Positions 33,885-34,067 of a DNA stretch of 34,067 bases are shown here, piece by piece. The translations under genes were made by a program, and so were the position numbers. Source of the DNA: Cyclobacteriaceae bacterium. GTDB lineage: Bacteria; Bacteroidota; Bacteroidia; Cytophagales; Cyclobacteriaceae. Within the stretch, counting starts at the first letter, position 1, and each line of letters begins with the position of its first letter. The stretch covers positions 1-34,067 of the forward strand of contig DATDPY010000125.1 in NCBI GenBank assembly GCA_035292565.1. The letters run 5' to 3'. The notes under the pieces were generated by a model. The model was not told the origin of the DNA. It was given only the letters and a program-made list of their open reading frames with translations, and searched no databases.

Positions 33885-34067
33885 ATGAAAGTCTTTCTTG
33901 ATGCGAATATTCTCGTCTCCGTACTCAACAAGGAATATCCCGTTTTCAGTTATTCTGCGCGCCTACTGCAATTGGCTTTGACAAAAAAATTTCAATTGTA
34001 TACATCGCCCATCTGTCTTGCCATTGCCTTTTATTTCGCCGAAAAGAAAAGTGGCCGCAAGAAGGCT
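33885..34067 (+). CDS. PIN-domain (VapC-like) toxin, N-terminal 61 codons; runs off the right edge
   Basis: This ORF is not in the track because it has no stop. ATG at 33885 gives MKVFLDANILVSVLNKEYPV..., with the classic PIN start (hydrophobic-x-DAN/S-hydrophobic, first catalytic Asp). Confidence 0.6.
   Translation, partial: MKVFLDANILVSVLNKEYPVFSYSARLLQLALTKKFQLYTSPICLAIAFYFAEKKSGRKKA

Noticed and set aside
1-34067. tRNA, rRNA, riboswitch or integrase genes that could mark island boundaries
   Set aside because: I found no cloverleaf-like or rRNA-like sequence and no tyrosine or serine recombinase motif by eye. A covariance-model scan (tRNAscan/Infernal) would be needed to exclude small RNAs formally.

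Overview
This 34-kb chromosomal window reads like a Bacteroidota genome. It has lipoprotein and SpI signal peptides, a TonB-dependent receptor, TAnnTTTG-type -7 boxes and DUF4097/DUF1080/AsmA-type genes, and it shows no obvious Shine-Dalgarno use. Most of it is ordinary core or shell content. From left to right: the 3' end of an M20 peptidase gene; a LytS/LytTR two-component pair translationally coupled to an SDR oxidoreductase; an HTH regulator; Ada; a DinB-family protein; a nikR plus TonB-dependent receptor pair; a cyclophilin; a large secreted protein of unknown function; a YD-repeat-like lipoprotein; an ECF sigma / anti-sigma / 2x DUF4097 module; a flavin reductase / DUF6165-like / GT9 heptosyltransferase cluster; AsmA; and a glycan-utilisation set (GH2, DUF1080, Tat-exported TIM-barrel isomerase, sulfatase). 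A DUF6364-like antitoxin plus PIN toxin pair runs off the right edge. I saw no rRNA, tRNA or CRISPR array. The main accessory region is a strongly AT-rich ~3.4-kb island (about 27.4-30.9 kb) wedged into the glycan cluster. It carries an orphan lipoprotein, an AbiC-like 2-TM protein, a small protein with a clean HEPN Rx4H motif (RNSLSH) and a 3-TM coiled-coil protein. I consider it the best candidate for an undescribed anti-phage / abortive-infection system. Four other points are notable: (1) a RAYT (IS200-like Y1 transposase) flanked by GGTCGTAGC...GCTACGACC REP hairpins; (2) a dispersed ATTCGTG/CACGAAT-rich composite repeat at three intergenic loci; (3) a duplicated operator-like site in front of nikR and the receptor with E. 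coli NikR-box geometry; (4) a G/T-rich tandem tract. All family assignments come from motif recognition by eye, and no database search was run.
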